42,562 bases of DNA from Lentisphaeria bacterium (GCA_041690595.1 JAWLHB010000028.1:62001-104562); one strand, 5' to 3'. Positions 9,541-20,209 are shown, numbered from the stretch's first letter. Numbers and translations: made by a program. The notes: generated from the sequence alone by a model not told the origin.

Positions 9541-10383
9541 ATGGCAACCGGAGGACCCACCCCCATGATCAGTCGCTCTCATCGTCCGAGCACTGGCCGC
9601 TTCACGCTCATCGAGCTGCTCGTGGTCGTGGCAATTATCGCGGTACTGGCCTCGATGCTGCTGCCGGCCCTCAGCAACGCACGCGATGCTGCCAAGAGTA
9701 CAAGCTGCATGTCACGCCTCAATCAGATTCACCTTGCGTTGACCATGTATACCGATGACAATGGTGGCTACCTGGTCTGGCCACCCACCAAGACTAATTG
9801 GACCTATGTCGGGCTCTGGGCACGCTACCTGATGGAGGATGGTTATATGCCTTTCGACTATGGAGCCACGAAAGTTGATCCGTGGGGGCGGAGCTATCAG
9901 GTATGGCGTGGGTTTGTCTGCCCGTCGGATCCAGACAGGATTGTCCATAACCACATGAGCTTCAATTACTCGCGCGGCAATTACGCGCTCAACACGGAGT
10001 TGGCCGGGTACCCGACTTCGCCGACTCCTATTCACCGTGTTGCCAATCCCAGCTACGTCGCTCTGGTCTCCGACTCGAACCCGACGAGGATGGGGTTCCA
10101 CCAGTTCTCCAATCCTCCCTTCGCCTCGGGATTGTCCATTGCGGGGTATGGCATACACCGCGGCATGACAACCGCCAATATCTACTTCGTCGACGGCCAC
10201 GGGGAGAATCTCCACAAGGATATCTACATGCGTAATTCCGGCGTCGATTTCCTGGGCGCCTATCGCTATGGCGCGTGGGAAGTCAATGCACGCTTCCCTA
10301 AGAGTTTTACGCCGGAGCACTGGCGACACGACCTGGTGCTTGACAGCCTTGGCCAGACCTACGCCGAATTCTCCAGGTACTGA
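9541..10383 (+). CDS. Prepilin-type N-terminal cleavage/methylation domain protein (DUF1559-like, H-Xn-DG C-terminal motif)
   Basis: [31 protein letters not shown]....C...[24 protein letters not shown]; alternative start at 9565 after GGAGG. Confidence 0.9.
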   Translation: MATGGPTPMISRSHRPSTGRFTLIELLVVVAIIAVLASMLLPALSNARDAAKSTSCMSRLNQIHLALTMYTDDNGGYLVWPPTKTNWTYVGLWARYLMEDGYMPFDYGATKVDPWGRSYQVWRGFVCPSDPDRIVHNHMSFNYSRGNYALNTELAGYPTSPTPIHRVANPSYVALVSDSNPTRMGFHQFSNPPFASGLSIAGYGIHRGMTTANIYFVDGHGENLHKDIYMRNSGVDFLGAYRYGAWEVNARFPKSFTPEHWRHDLVLDSLGQTYAEFSRY

Positions 10384-10396
10384 GCGCTCGCAGAAT

Positions 10397-11125
10397 TCAC
10401 TCCTGCTTATCGAGATCCTGCAGCAGCCTTGGGTCGAGGATGAGGCGCTCCATCTGAGGGGGCGCGAAAAGCTGATGTTCAGCCAGCTCGTTGAGAGCAC
10501 TGCGCACGTGCCGAAAGTCTTGCGCAATGAGCTGGAAGGTGTTGTCGACATTGAATTCCCAAGCCAGCCGCTGGGCAGCCGCGGAGGCATAGCTCGACGC
10601 GCCAAGATGATCGCAGTAAGCGATGCTGTCGCGGCCATCCGTGGGCGGAGGCAGGCGCTCCGGAAAAAGACCTCCCATCAGCAGGGCATAGTTGCCCAGA
10701 TAGGAGTAGACCATGAACCTGCCTTCGAGATTGGTTGTCCGCAAGGATTGCACCAGCTTGCGCAGGTGTTGCACGTCGAAGGTGTGCTGAGGCAAGGTAT
10801 TTGGCGTACGTTCAGCATAAGCATAAGATGAAAGCAAGGCCGCCACATAGCGAGCGAGGTCGCGATCTTCAAGGCCTGCGCGAAGCAGGGCAGGGCGCAC
10901 CAATACATAGAAGTCCAGCGGTGAGATCGCCTGCACTTGGTGGACACGCGCCACCTGCGCTTCCTGCAGGCTGCAATTGTCGAGGATGATATCGATGGCT
11001 TCAGGATCGGCAAGCACCCGCTCAAGCCCTGATCGCTGTTGAGCCGAAGTGCCCAGAATCGAGACGATGAAATCCCGATCACTGTCGCTCAGGAGGCACT
11101 CCATGGTTGGGAAAACAACCAGCAT
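10397..11125 (-). CDS. Hypothetical protein
   Basis: ORF 10397..11203 with protein-like composition (LDFYVLVR..L, DRDLARYVA.LL, LGNYALLMGGLFPERL); start uncertain (11125 or 11104). Confidence 0.7.
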   Translation of the reverse strand: MLVVFPTMECLLSDSDRDFIVSILGTSAQQRSGLERVLADPEAIDIILDNCSLQEAQVARVHQVQAISPLDFYVLVRPALLRAGLEDRDLARYVAALLSSYAYAERTPNTLPQHTFDVQHLRKLVQSLRTTNLEGRFMVYSYLGNYALLMGGLFPERLPPPTDGRDSIAYCDHLGASSYASAAAQRLAWEFNVDNTFQLIAQDFRHVRSALNELAEHQLFAPPQMERLILDPRLLQDLDKQE

Positions 11126-11368
11126 GACTCTTTCTCTGCCTCTATCTACAAGGGTGATACGTGGGGACCTTCCTCTCGAACCCCGGTATGTGAGGACTGC
11201 CAACGACTCTGGCGGCTCTTCATCCTACTGCAACCTGGCGCTTGCCGATATTGGTTTCGCCAAACCGCACATGCCGCATGGTCGTTCTGTCCTCACGTGA
11301 ACCTGTGTATGAGACACGCGGTTCCCCCGCTGAGTTGCATTGGGGGAGGCCAAAATGACCGCAGCGCC

Positions 11369-13213
11369 TCAGACAAAGAGGCGCCGGTGAAAGACGACCC
11401 ATTCAAGCAGCAGCAAGCCGAGCGCTACCGCCAGCAGCACGGTACTCAGTTCCGTATTCACCTGCCGCGACAGCTGCACGGCTTTCAGTTGCTCGCCGCT
11501 CACCTGTGGATCCGGTTGTACCCCAAGGCGCGACTCCTGCGTGTCGAAGAGATTGGCCGCAACCTTACGACTCAGGCCTGATCCAGTTTCAACACCATAA
11601 ATGCCCAGCTGATTTACCCCCGCGAATACGTAGCCGCCTTCACCGGTCTGCTGCATGGGGACTGTCGCGCCATTCGGCAGCCGGATCGTCGCGGCGCCGA
11701 ATTCCGCGGGGCTGGTAATCGTTCGTCCGACCAGCAGATTCGCATTCTCGGCCTGCGCATACTGCTCGTCGAAGTAGTTCAGACAATTATGGAGGAATAT
11801 GGGGAATGAAACCAGCAATGGCCAGTTGGAGGCAAAGGGATTGAAGGCTACGATGCAGAGACTGTGCATATCGACGCTGGTCAGCCCGATCAAGGCGCTG
11901 GTCGGACTGGAAAGCAGCGCCTGCCCCCCTTTCGGCAGCATCATCAGTGGCGATTCCTGGATCAGCAGATTGCTGAAGTCGATGAAGCGATTGACCGGAT
12001 GGGAGTTGTCCCAATCCATGATCGACGGACTCTGCACCAGCTCTCCTGTCTGCAACCCATCCAGCTCAGGAAAACAGCCGAGGTAGATGTTGTTCGTCTT
12101 CGCGATCTCTGGATCTGCAACCCGATTCCAGATGACGGCGGTGTACTCCGCTGCGTCTTCAGCAACAAAATCTTCTCGCGGTCGACTATCGACGACGACA
12201 TTGCCGGCCGCCTCAAAAACGCGTTCCAGAAAGTAGTTTCGCTTGCCGACAATCATGACGCTGCGCTCTTGGGGCGGCAGGACGATCTGCCAGGCATCAT
12301 TGTCCGCCGCCAAGGCATCTTCCACGTCGAGATGCACACGCACCTCCCCGCTTTCGGCAAGTCTGGCCTCGAAAATCTGGGAGAGAGTCTTGCCCGCTTC
12401 GAGAGAGACGAACTTGCTGTCGAGAAGAACATCATCCAGGAAGACCTGCATGTTGCCGGCCATGCTTTCGGTGCCGAAATTCTGCAGGGACACGAACATC
12501 TCGACGAGCAGGCGATCACGCAGGGAACGGCGTATGTCCAGGCTGGTGATGGCCAGGTTCGGGAGATCGTTACCGATCATCTGGTACTCGATCTGCATCG
12601 GCAGTTCAAGCAGCCCCGGATCGGGAAAGGCGCCGTCGCTGAGTACCGCCAGCCGCGCGTTGGGAGCCGAACGCTGTAACGACTTCGCAAGCATGAATGC
12701 ACCGCGAATGCTCGTCGGGCGCTGCGTCTGGTCGATGGCATCCACCGCATCATGCAGTTGCCGCTTATTGCTGGTGAAGCTTTGCAGGATAGTCGCGTTG
12801 TCGCTGAAGCCGATGAGCATGAGTTGATCTTCGCTGGTGACGTTGTCGATCAGTGACCGCAACTCCTCTTTCGCCAGGTGCAGGCGGCTCTTGCCGCTTG
12901 GTTCAAGCGCCCCCATGGAGGCGGATGTGTCGATCAACACGATCATGCTCTTCTTGAGTATCGCATCCGTCTTGATAAAGGGTCTGGCCAGAGCCAGAAT
13001 GAAGAGGAGCAGGATGAGCAACTGCAACAGCAGAAGCAGGCTGCGCCTCAGCCGTTGAAAAGGAGAATTGACGCGCAGATCCTCCACCACCTTGCGCCAC
13101 AACAAGGTGCTGGGGACAACCACTTGCGGCCGCTTCAGCTTGAGGAAATAAAGCAGAATCAACGGTGGTATGATCGCCAGAAAGCCCAGCATCCATGGAT
13201 TGAGCAGGTTCAT
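11369..13213 (-). CDS. BatA N-terminal + von Willebrand factor A domain membrane protein
   Basis: MNLLNPWML..LYFLKLKR..VPSTLLW..LALARP (BatA), MIDAS DTSASM, VLSDG, C-terminal TM LLLLEWVVFHRR; start 13213 overlaps DUF58 stop (ATGA). Confidence 0.9.
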   Translation of the reverse strand: MNLLNPWMLGFLAIIPPLILLYFLKLKRPQVVVPSTLLWRKVVEDLRVNSPFQRLRRSLLLLLQLLILLLFILALARPFIKTDAILKKSMIVLIDTSASMGALEPSGKSRLHLAKEELRSLIDNVTSEDQLMLIGFSDNATILQSFTSNKRQLHDAVDAIDQTQRPTSIRGAFMLAKSLQRSAPNARLAVLSDGAFPDPGLLELPMQIEYQMIGNDLPNLAITSLDIRRSLRDRLLVEMFVSLQNFGTESMAGNMQVFLDDVLLDSKFVSLEAGKTLSQIFEARLAESGEVRVHLDVEDALAADNDAWQIVLPPQERSVMIVGKRNYFLERVFEAAGNVVVDSRPREDFVAEDAAEYTAVIWNRVADPEIAKTNNIYLGCFPELDGLQTGELVQSPSIMDWDNSHPVNRFIDFSNLLIQESPLMMLPKGGQALLSSPTSALIGLTSVDMHSLCIVAFNPFASNWPLLVSFPIFLHNCLNYFDEQYAQAENANLLVGRTITSPAEFGAATIRLPNGATVPMQQTGEGGYVFAGVNQLGIYGVETGSGLSRKVAANLFDTQESRLGVQPDPQVSGEQLKAVQLSRQVNTELSTVLLAVALGLLLLEWVVFHRRLFV

Positions 13214-14091
13214 CGCACCAGCCCCCGTCGCGCCAGAAGATCGAGAACCAGCTTGTCGAAGGGCAGCGCCGTCGAGGTGAGCAGGTAGATACCGCCACGC
13301 GCCAGGATGAACCGGCGCAATCCGCCGCAGAAGGAATCCAGGCTCCGTTTGTAGAGCTCGAGTACTCCCCGTCCCATCGACACGTCGGTGGAATCCGCCA
13401 TCTCGCAATCCACCAGGCGAACGTCGCCCTGCAGCTCGGGTGCCAGCTCTTCAGGTGAAAGCAGGTGAATGACGAAGACCTCGAACTGCCGGCCAAAGAG
13501 ATACCGCAGAGCCTGCTCGTAGCCATCCTTGTCGTAGAAATCGGAGATCAGCACGACCAGCCCCTTGCCGCGGGTGCCGACCGAAAAGCTGCGCAGCGTC
13601 CGCTCCAGAGACGTCTCCTCCGCAACTTCAAGAGCGTTGAGAAAGTCGAAGCAGGCCGGTGCATTGGCTTTGCCCCGCTTGGGGCCGAAGGTGCCGAGAA
13701 GCTTGTCGCCGAAGGCGCGTACAGTCAGATTGTCCATCCCGCACATGGTGATGTAGCCGAGAGCCGCCGCTGCCTGTTTCGCATAGTGCAGCTTGTTCGG
13801 TTCGCCATAGTCCATGGAGCGACTGACATCCACCAGGATGTGCACGTTGAGGTTCTCCTCTTCCAGGAAGAGCTTGAGGAAGAGCCGTTCGAGCCGCGCA
13901 TAGACCTTCCAGTCCAGGAAGCGAAGATCATCGCCCGAGACATAGTTGCGATAATCGGCGAAGTCGTTGCCGGAGCCGCGTCGCCGACTGCGACGCTCCC
14001 CTTTGATGCGCGACGCCGCCATCTTGCGCGAGAGCATGTGAAGCTGCTCGAAGCGTCGCATCAGATCCGCGTCGATCAACGTTGCCGCCAT
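13210..14091 (-). CDS. DUF58 family protein (MoxR-associated)
   Basis: GERRSRRRGSGNDFADYRNYVSGDDLRFLDWKVYAR, LVDVSRSM, VVLISDF. Confidence 0.92.
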   Translation of the reverse strand: MAATLIDADLMRRFEQLHMLSRKMAASRIKGERRSRRRGSGNDFADYRNYVSGDDLRFLDWKVYARLERLFLKLFLEEENLNVHILVDVSRSMDYGEPNKLHYAKQAAAALGYITMCGMDNLTVRAFGDKLLGTFGPKRGKANAPACFDFLNALEVAEETSLERTLRSFSVGTRGKGLVVLISDFYDKDGYEQALRYLFGRQFEVFVIHLLSPEELAPELQGDVRLVDCEMADSTDVSMGRGVLELYKRSLDSFCGGLRRFILARGGIYLLTSTALPFDKLVLDLLARRGLVR

Positions 14092-14224
14092 AGGTCACCA
14101 ACTCCTGTTCGCCCGTATGAAACCCTGCATACTATACACCTTCCCCTACCAGCTGCGACTGTGACTTCCCGCTTCCGTCACTCCGCGGCGCTGTCAATCC
14201 ATCGTCAGCTCGACTCCCGAGGTT

Positions 14225-14267
14225 GGAAACAAGACAGCCGGCTCACCTGATGCGGAGAGCCGGCTGT
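14225..14267 (-). terminator. Intrinsic terminator downstream of infB
   Basis: 11-bp inverted repeat ACAGCCGGCTC / GAGCCGGCTGT (14234-14267) followed on the minus strand by CTTGTTTCC. Confidence 0.65.
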
Positions 14268-14302
14268 AAAGGTATGGAGAGAGGCAGTGGCCCGACTGTT
14301 TC

Positions 14303-16444
14303 CTAGAGCTTCACTTTCTCTTCGATATAGTCATAGCACTGCACGATGTCACCAGGCTCGAAGTCCATGAAGTTGTCCAACCGAATGCCGCATTCCAGGC
14401 CGGCATCCACTTCGCGGACATCGTCCGTGAAACGGCGCAAAGACTGGATGACACCATTGTAGATGATCTCCTTGTCCCGGAGGACCCTGGCATTCTTGCC
14501 GACGCGGATGTTGCCCTTCAGGCAGCGGCAGCCGATCACCTTGCCTCTGGACAGATCGAAGATCTTGAGGATCTCGGCCTGGCCAAGTGGCACTTCGCGC
14601 AATTCGGGCTCCAGCATCCCTTCCATGGCGCTGCGAACCTGCTCGATCAGCTCATAGATAATGCTGTAGAGCCGGATCTCGACGCCTTCGTCCTTCGCCA
14701 GCTTGTTGACGCCGGGATTGACGCGAACGTGGAAACCGACAATGATCGCGTCGGAGGCGGCAGCCAGTAACACGTCGTTCTCGGTTACCGCGCCCACACC
14801 AGCATGAACCACGTCGGTGTGAATTTTGTCGCAGTCCAGCTTCTTGAGAGACTGCACCACCGCTTCGGAAGTACCCTGCACGTCAGCTTTTACAATGACG
14901 TTGAGGTCCTTGCGGTTCTCTTCCTCGATCTGGCGGAAGAGGTCGTCGAGGCTGGCGCGGCGGGTGCTCTGGAGCTGATCCTGCCGGGCCTGATCTTCCC
15001 GATTCTCCGCCAGCTTGCGCGCCTGCTTGTCGTCTTTGCAGCCAACCAGTACCATCCCGCATTCCGGCAAACCGGACAGACCGACCACCTTGACTGCTTC
15101 GCTGGGGCCGGCCTTCTTGACGCGCTTGGACTGGCTGTCAATCAAGGCCTTGACCTTCCCTTGATGCGGGCCGCAGATGATAATGTCACCGACGGAAATG
15201 CTGCCGTTCTTGACGAGGATACTGACGGTTGGTCCGTGACCCTGTTCCAGCTGCGACTCAAGAACGACCGCTCGAACCGGCAGCTCTGGATTCGCCTTCA
15301 ACTCGAGCATTTCCGTTTCCAGAACGATGCGCTCCAGAAGGTGCTGGATGCCGTCGCCAGTTGCGGCGGAAACCTGGATAACGCCTACATCGCCACCCCA
15401 GTCTTCCGCTGTCAGGCCGTTCTGCTGCATGTGCAGAAAGATCTTGTCGACATTGGCCCCGGGCAGATCCATCTTGTTTGCCGCAACAATGATGGGCACC
15501 TTGGCGGCGCGCGCATGATTGAGCGCCTCAACGGTCTGCGGCATGAAACCATCGTCAGCGGCAACGACCAGGACGACGATGTCCGTCGTGTTGGCGCCGC
15601 GGGCCCGCATCGAGGTGAACGCTTCGTGGCCCGGCGTATCGATAAAGGTGATCTTGTGGTTGTTCCACTCGATCTGCGAAGCACCAATATGCTGGGTGAT
15701 ACCGCCGGCTTCCCCCGAGACTATGTCTGAACTGCGAATGCGGTCCAGCAAGGAGGTCTTGCCATGGTCGACGTGACCGAGAAAGGCGACAACCGGGGGA
15801 CGGGCTGAGACTTCGGCATCCTCGAAGACAATGTCCTCGGGGTTGACCTGCGTCCCTTCACCTGTACCACCGGCCTTGATACGCTTTTCAACGACGTAGG
15901 TGAAGCCGTGCTTAGCGCACAACTGCTCGACGGTCGGCCCCTCCAGCGATTCGTTAATCGTGGCAAAGACGCCCTGGCTCATCAATTCCTGGATGAGCGC
16001 ATTCGGCCGCAGCTGCATCGCTTCAGCCAAAGACTTCACCGTGATCGGCGACTTGAGGCTGATCTCTTTGCTGTCGGCGCTGGGCGGGGGGGGCGGTTCC
16101 TTACGCTTGGGCTTCTCAATGTGCTCGCTGACGGCGACGGGCTTGACGGGGCGCGGCGGTTTGACGCTGGCACGCAACTTGGGCGGCAACTCCGCCACAA
16201 CTTCCGCTTCCTCTTCATCGTCGGCGACAATGGGCGGCACAGCTTCCGGCCGCTTGGCTGCCTTCTTGACCTTGGCAGCACGCTGCTCCATGATCTGCTC
16301 ACGTACCAACTCGGCGATATCGCTGTCGATACCGGACAAGTGGGACGTCACGTCGATGCCCTCTTTCTTGAGGACTTCCAATAGTTCGTCGCTGGCCAGA
16401 TCCAATTCTTTGGCCAACTCGTGCACTCTGACTTTGTTCACCAT
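14303..16444 (-). CDS. infB: Translation initiation factor IF-2
   Basis: [10 protein letters not shown]-terminus, [59 protein letters not shown]. Confidence 0.99.
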   Translation of the reverse strand: MVNKVRVHELAKELDLASDELLEVLKKEGIDVTSHLSGIDSDIAELVREQIMEQRAAKVKKAAKRPEAVPPIVADDEEEAEVVAELPPKLRASVKPPRPVKPVAVSEHIEKPKRKEPPPPPSADSKEISLKSPITVKSLAEAMQLRPNALIQELMSQGVFATINESLEGPTVEQLCAKHGFTYVVEKRIKAGGTGEGTQVNPEDIVFEDAEVSARPPVVAFLGHVDHGKTSLLDRIRSSDIVSGEAGGITQHIGASQIEWNNHKITFIDTPGHEAFTSMRARGANTTDIVVLVVAADDGFMPQTVEALNHARAAKVPIIVAANKMDLPGANVDKIFLHMQQNGLTAEDWGGDVGVIQVSAATGDGIQHLLERIVLETEMLELKANPELPVRAVVLESQLEQGHGPTVSILVKNGSISVGDIIICGPHQGKVKALIDSQSKRVKKAGPSEAVKVVGLSGLPECGMVLVGCKDDKQARKLAENREDQARQDQLQSTRRASLDDLFRQIEEENRKDLNVIVKADVQGTSEAVVQSLKKLDCDKIHTDVVHAGVGAVTENDVLLAAASDAIIVGFHVRVNPGVNKLAKDEGVEIRLYSIIYELIEQVRSAMEGMLEPELREVPLGQAEILKIFDLSRGKVIGCRCLKGNIRVGKNARVLRDKEIIYNGVIQSLRRFTDDVREVDAGLECGIRLDNFMDFEPGDIVQCYDYIEEKVKL

Positions 16445-16474
16445 AACAAGACCGCCTCCTTGTCGGAGCTGGGT

Positions 16475-17713
16475 CTATTGAGAGACGCTGTTCTTGATCG
16501 CTTGGGCCATTTCGTCATCGATACCATCAATATCCGTTAAGTCTTCCAGGTTTGCTTCACGCAGGCCATCTGTCGACAGAAATCCGTTGTTGACCAACGT
16601 TTGCGCGATGTCGCGCGAGATGCCGGGGAGCGCGGCCAGGGTGTTCACCGCCTGACTGATGCGTTCCTCAAGAGAGGCTTCCTTCTTCTCCTCAACCTTC
16701 TTGATGTCGATCTTCCAGCCCGTGATTTTGTGGGTGAGCCGCGCGTTCTGTCCGCGCTTGCCAATCGCCAGCGAAAGCTGGTCCGGCTCCACCAGGATCC
16801 GTACCTGCTTGTTTGCTTCGTCGATCTGTATCGACTTGATCTGGGCGGGCTGCAGCGCATTGGCCACGTAGGTGCGCAAGTCCGCATCCCAGCGGATAAT
16901 GTCTACCTTCTCTCCGCTCAGTTCGCGTACAATGGTCTTCACCCGTGAGCCACGAATGCCGACGCATGCTCCGACAGGATCAACTTTGGGCTCCTTGCTG
17001 TGAACGGCGATCTTGCTGCGAAAGCCAGGCTCCCGCGCGACTGCCTTGATCTCAACAATACCCTCCGCGATCTCGGTAACCTCACGCTCGAAAAGCCGTT
17101 TCACCAGCTCGGGATCCGTACGCGAGACAACGAGGATCGGTCCTGGCCGCTTCACGTTGACCTCCGTCAGGATGCAGCAGATATGATCGCCATTCTGATA
17201 ATCTTCCGAGGGGACGCGGCCGCTGTGGCGCAGGACGCCTTCCGCACGTCCGAAATCGATGACGACCTCGCCCTGCTCATAGCGCGTGACGACGCCATAG
17301 AGGATGTCGCCAATACGATCGGTAAATTCATCGCGTACGCGATCCTTTTCCGCCTGGCGGAGCCGCTGCATGATGCCCTGCTTGGCTGTCTGCGCGGCGA
17401 TTCGTCCAAAATTGCTGGGTGTCACTTCCCACTCTACCTGCTGGCCGAGTTCGGCTTCGGGAAGTTTGGTGCGAGCCCGTTCGAAGGAAATTTCGCTATC
17501 CGGATGCATCACGTGCTCGACAACCGTCAACGTTGCGGTTGCCTGCAAGTCGCCCGTCTTGGGATCAAGCTTTACCTTCAGATCATTGGCGGGGCCGACT
17601 GCCTTTCGGGCAGCTGAAACGAGCGATTCCTCGATGACGCGCACCAGTACATCACGTTCCAGACCACGATCACGCTCGAGGTAATCCAGTATGGCTACCA
17701 GTTCATTGTTCAT
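16475..17713 (-). CDS. nusA: Transcription termination/antitermination factor NusA
   Basis: FGRIAAQTAKQ, AREPGFRSKIAV, DPVGACVGIRGSRV, LSLAIGKRGQNARL; start MNNEL at 17713 with GGAGG RBS. Confidence 0.99.
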   Translation of the reverse strand: MNNELVAILDYLERDRGLERDVLVRVIEESLVSAARKAVGPANDLKVKLDPKTGDLQATATLTVVEHVMHPDSEISFERARTKLPEAELGQQVEWEVTPSNFGRIAAQTAKQGIMQRLRQAEKDRVRDEFTDRIGDILYGVVTRYEQGEVVIDFGRAEGVLRHSGRVPSEDYQNGDHICCILTEVNVKRPGPILVVSRTDPELVKRLFEREVTEIAEGIVEIKAVAREPGFRSKIAVHSKEPKVDPVGACVGIRGSRVKTIVRELSGEKVDIIRWDADLRTYVANALQPAQIKSIQIDEANKQVRILVEPDQLSLAIGKRGQNARLTHKITGWKIDIKKVEEKKEASLEERISQAVNTLAALPGISRDIAQTLVNNGFLSTDGLREANLEDLTDIDGIDDEMAQAIKNSVSQ

Positions 17714-17830
17714 TAAGTTGGTGCCTCCGGCATCAAAGATTTCGGGCGCAGTCACCCACATATGTGGGGGAGGTGGCTAGCCGGCAAAAGCCGGTGTCCA
17801 CGGGGCTCCAAGTGGGTGCCGCCTATAAAG

Positions 17831-17854
17831 AAAAAAGCGGGACATGCCCACTTT
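17831..17854 (-). promoter_or_regulatory. rimP-leader-like terminator/attenuator hairpin in the nusA 5' leader
   Basis: Minus strand AAAGTGGG-CATGT-CCCGCTTTTTT, between the predicted promoter and nusA. Confidence 0.7.
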
Positions 17855-17896
17855 ATGCTGCTCACACCATTAGCTGCTGTGGATAGCTCAATATTC

Positions 17897-17924
17897 AATA
17901 TAACGATGAGTGAGAGCAATGCAA
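17897..17924 (-). promoter_or_regulatory. Sigma70-type promoter of nusA-infB
   Basis: Minus strand TTGCAT-N16-TATATT. Confidence 0.5.
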
Positions 17925-17946
17925 ACTGCTCCGCACAAAGTGTTGT

Positions 17947-19221
17947 TCAAGGTTCTGGGTAAAGCTCAGCCAACGCCTGCATGGCTTCTTCATTCTGCCG
18001 GGCGGCCGCCATTTCGAATAGCTGTCGCGCCTTGACGCTGTCCTGGGGAATGCCGATGCCGCGATGGTAGGCCCAACCGAGCGCGCAAAGAGCGTCGCTG
18101 TTGCCTTGGTTGGCGGCTTGGCGATACCAGTAGAAGGCAAGCTCTGGATCGCGTGCCGTGCCGTTGCCGTCAGCATACAGGGTAGCCAGCGCATATTGAG
18201 CACGGTGAAGCCCGTCCCTGGCGGCGCGGGTGAAGGCTGAGAACGCTTTTTCCGGCGACACCTCGGTGCCTTCGCCCATCATGTGGCAGACACCGAGATT
18301 GTAAAAACCAAGTGGATGACCACGATCGGCAGCTTGACGATAAAGGTCGAAGGCCTTTGCCAGATCGCGAGGTACGCCGAGCCCGACTGAATGGCAGTGG
18401 GCAAGATTGAGCATTGCCGGAACGTGATTCAGTTCCGCGGCTCGCTGGTACCATTTCACCGCTGTAGCTGTATCGGCGGGCCTGCCGATGCCTGCCTCAT
18501 AGCAGTATCCGATCTTCGACATCGCCTCGGGGGAGTCCTGCGTGGCAGCTTGCCAGAGATAGTCGAACATCTTTTCCGGGTCGGCATTGATGCCGTCGGT
18601 ATTGCCGCTGTAGCAGTCAGCAAGAAAAAGGATTGCCTCAAGATCGCCATTGCCTGCCGCCTTCTCCAGGTATTCGATTCCCATGTCTACATCCCGTTCC
18701 ACACCCTCACCCTTGACATACATCTTCCCGATCTCGCGCTGGCATACGACATTGCCCTGATTCGCGGCCATCTCGAAATATTTCGCCGCCTCCTCCAGTC
18801 CCTGCATCTCCTGAAGGGTCAACGCGCAGTTGAGCTGCGCTTTCTCCAGGCCCATGTTGGCAGCCTGCCGATACAGATCCAGAGCGCGGTTCATGTCCTG
18901 CTTTACGCCAAGACCACGCTCATGGCAGATACCCAGGTTGAAGATGGCATTGGTGTTGCCTTGGGCAGCGGCCTGCTCATACCAGTGTATCGCCAGCTCG
19001 TAGTCCTTCTTCTCGCTTGTCAGAGAGCGGATGAAATAATAGGTGGCCAGATCGTTCTGCGCAGCGGCACTGCCATTCTTGGCCAGCTTCTCCAATTCCG
19101 CCAGGCGATCCGGCGCCTTTTCCTTTGCCGCCGCCGGAAAGCTGGTGACAAGGAGGACCGCGCCCAGCCATAGAGTCATCACGGCAGCATGGCGCGGCCG
19201 GAATAGATCAAGAGGTCTCAT
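17947..19221 (-). CDS. Exported Sel1-like repeat (SLR/TPR) protein
   Basis: Repeated A..WY..AA.QG...A..NLG..Y..G.GV..D units; signal-peptide-like N-terminus from MRPLDL (19221); track start 19398 is probably too long. Confidence 0.9.
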   Translation of the reverse strand: MRPLDLFRPRHAAVMTLWLGAVLLVTSFPAAAKEKAPDRLAELEKLAKNGSAAAQNDLATYYFIRSLTSEKKDYELAIHWYEQAAAQGNTNAIFNLGICHERGLGVKQDMNRALDLYRQAANMGLEKAQLNCALTLQEMQGLEEAAKYFEMAANQGNVVCQREIGKMYVKGEGVERDVDMGIEYLEKAAGNGDLEAILFLADCYSGNTDGINADPEKMFDYLWQAATQDSPEAMSKIGYCYEAGIGRPADTATAVKWYQRAAELNHVPAMLNLAHCHSVGLGVPRDLAKAFDLYRQAADRGHPLGFYNLGVCHMMGEGTEVSPEKAFSAFTRAARDGLHRAQYALATLYADGNGTARDPELAFYWYRQAANQGNSDALCALGWAYHRGIGIPQDSVKARQLFEMAAARQNEEAMQALAELYPEP

Positions 19222-19390
19222 GAGCAGTGTACCTGCGCCTTGCGGTGGTGAAAGAGGGGCCGTTCGGCCTGTTGCAATCCGACCTATTACATGATATTTT
19301 CCGAGTGTCTCTTCAAGTCCAAATGAAACAAAAAGTCTGGCCTCCTGCCTGCCTGAAGTCGTTGCGACCGCATTTCGACGGAGTGTTTTT

Positions 19391-20206
19391 ATGAACATGA
19401 CTCAACTCGGCCAGATGCTTGAAGGCGTTGCCGCGGGAAAACTCTCCGTGGATAATGCACTGTCGGCGTTGCGCCGACTCGAGATCAGCGATCTGGGATT
19501 TGCGCGCATCGATCACCATCGGGAGGTGCGTTGCGGTCTGCCGGAGGTGGTCTACGGCGCCGGCAAGACGGCAGAGCAAATCATTGGAATCGTGCGTGAT
19601 TTCCGCGAGCGGGGCAATAATGCATTGGTGACGCGGGTGCGCCCCGAAGCGGCCGAGTCGCTGACAGTCGCGCTGCCGGAGGCGGAGTACGATGTCGCCG
19701 CCAATACGCTCATGTCCCTGGTTCACCCGCCGGATACGCGGCCGGGATTCGTGGGGATCGTGGTAGCGGGGACCTCCGATCAGCCGGTTGCCATGGAGGC
19801 GGTCAACACCCTGCGCTTCTTCGGCATTGCCACCGAGTTATTGATGGATGTGGGGGTAGCTGGGCTTCATCGGCTGTTGGCAAAGCAGGAACGGCTGCAT
19901 CGGTATGACGTGGCGATTGTCGTGGCCGGCATGGAAGGGGCGCTGCCAAGCGTGGTCGGCGGCTTGATCGGCGCGCCAGTAATCGCCGTCCCCACGAGCG
20001 TCGGATATGGCGCGCATCTGCAAGGGCTTGCTGCCTTGCTGAGCATGCTTAACAGCTGTGCCAGCGGTATTACGGTAACAAATATAGATAATGGCTATGG
20101 CGCTGCCTGCGCAGCGGCACGGATGCTGCGCTTGCTGCAGTCTGCATCTGGTGCTGAGAGTTCCGCGGCCGATGCGGTCGGAGACTCTGGCCACTCAAGG
20201 AGCTAG
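19391..20206 (+). CDS. larB: Nickel-pincer cofactor biosynthesis protein LarB (PurE/AIR carboxylase-like)
   Basis: DLGFARIDHHR..RCGLPEVVYGAGKT, AGTSD.PVA.EA, DVGVAGLHRL, VAGMEGALPSVVGGL, AVPTSVGYG, MLNSCASG.TV.NIDNGYGA. Confidence 0.93.
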   Translation: MNMTQLGQMLEGVAAGKLSVDNALSALRRLEISDLGFARIDHHREVRCGLPEVVYGAGKTAEQIIGIVRDFRERGNNALVTRVRPEAAESLTVALPEAEYDVAANTLMSLVHPPDTRPGFVGIVVAGTSDQPVAMEAVNTLRFFGIATELLMDVGVAGLHRLLAKQERLHRYDVAIVVAGMEGALPSVVGGLIGAPVIAVPTSVGYGAHLQGLAALLSMLNSCASGITVTNIDNGYGAACAAARMLRLLQSASGAESSAADAVGDSGHSRS

Positions 20207-20209
20207 ATC

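Noticed and set aside
19391..20206. larB as purE or as part of a lar operon
   Set aside because: Motifs are LarB-specific; larA/C/E are not in the window and stand-alone larB is common.
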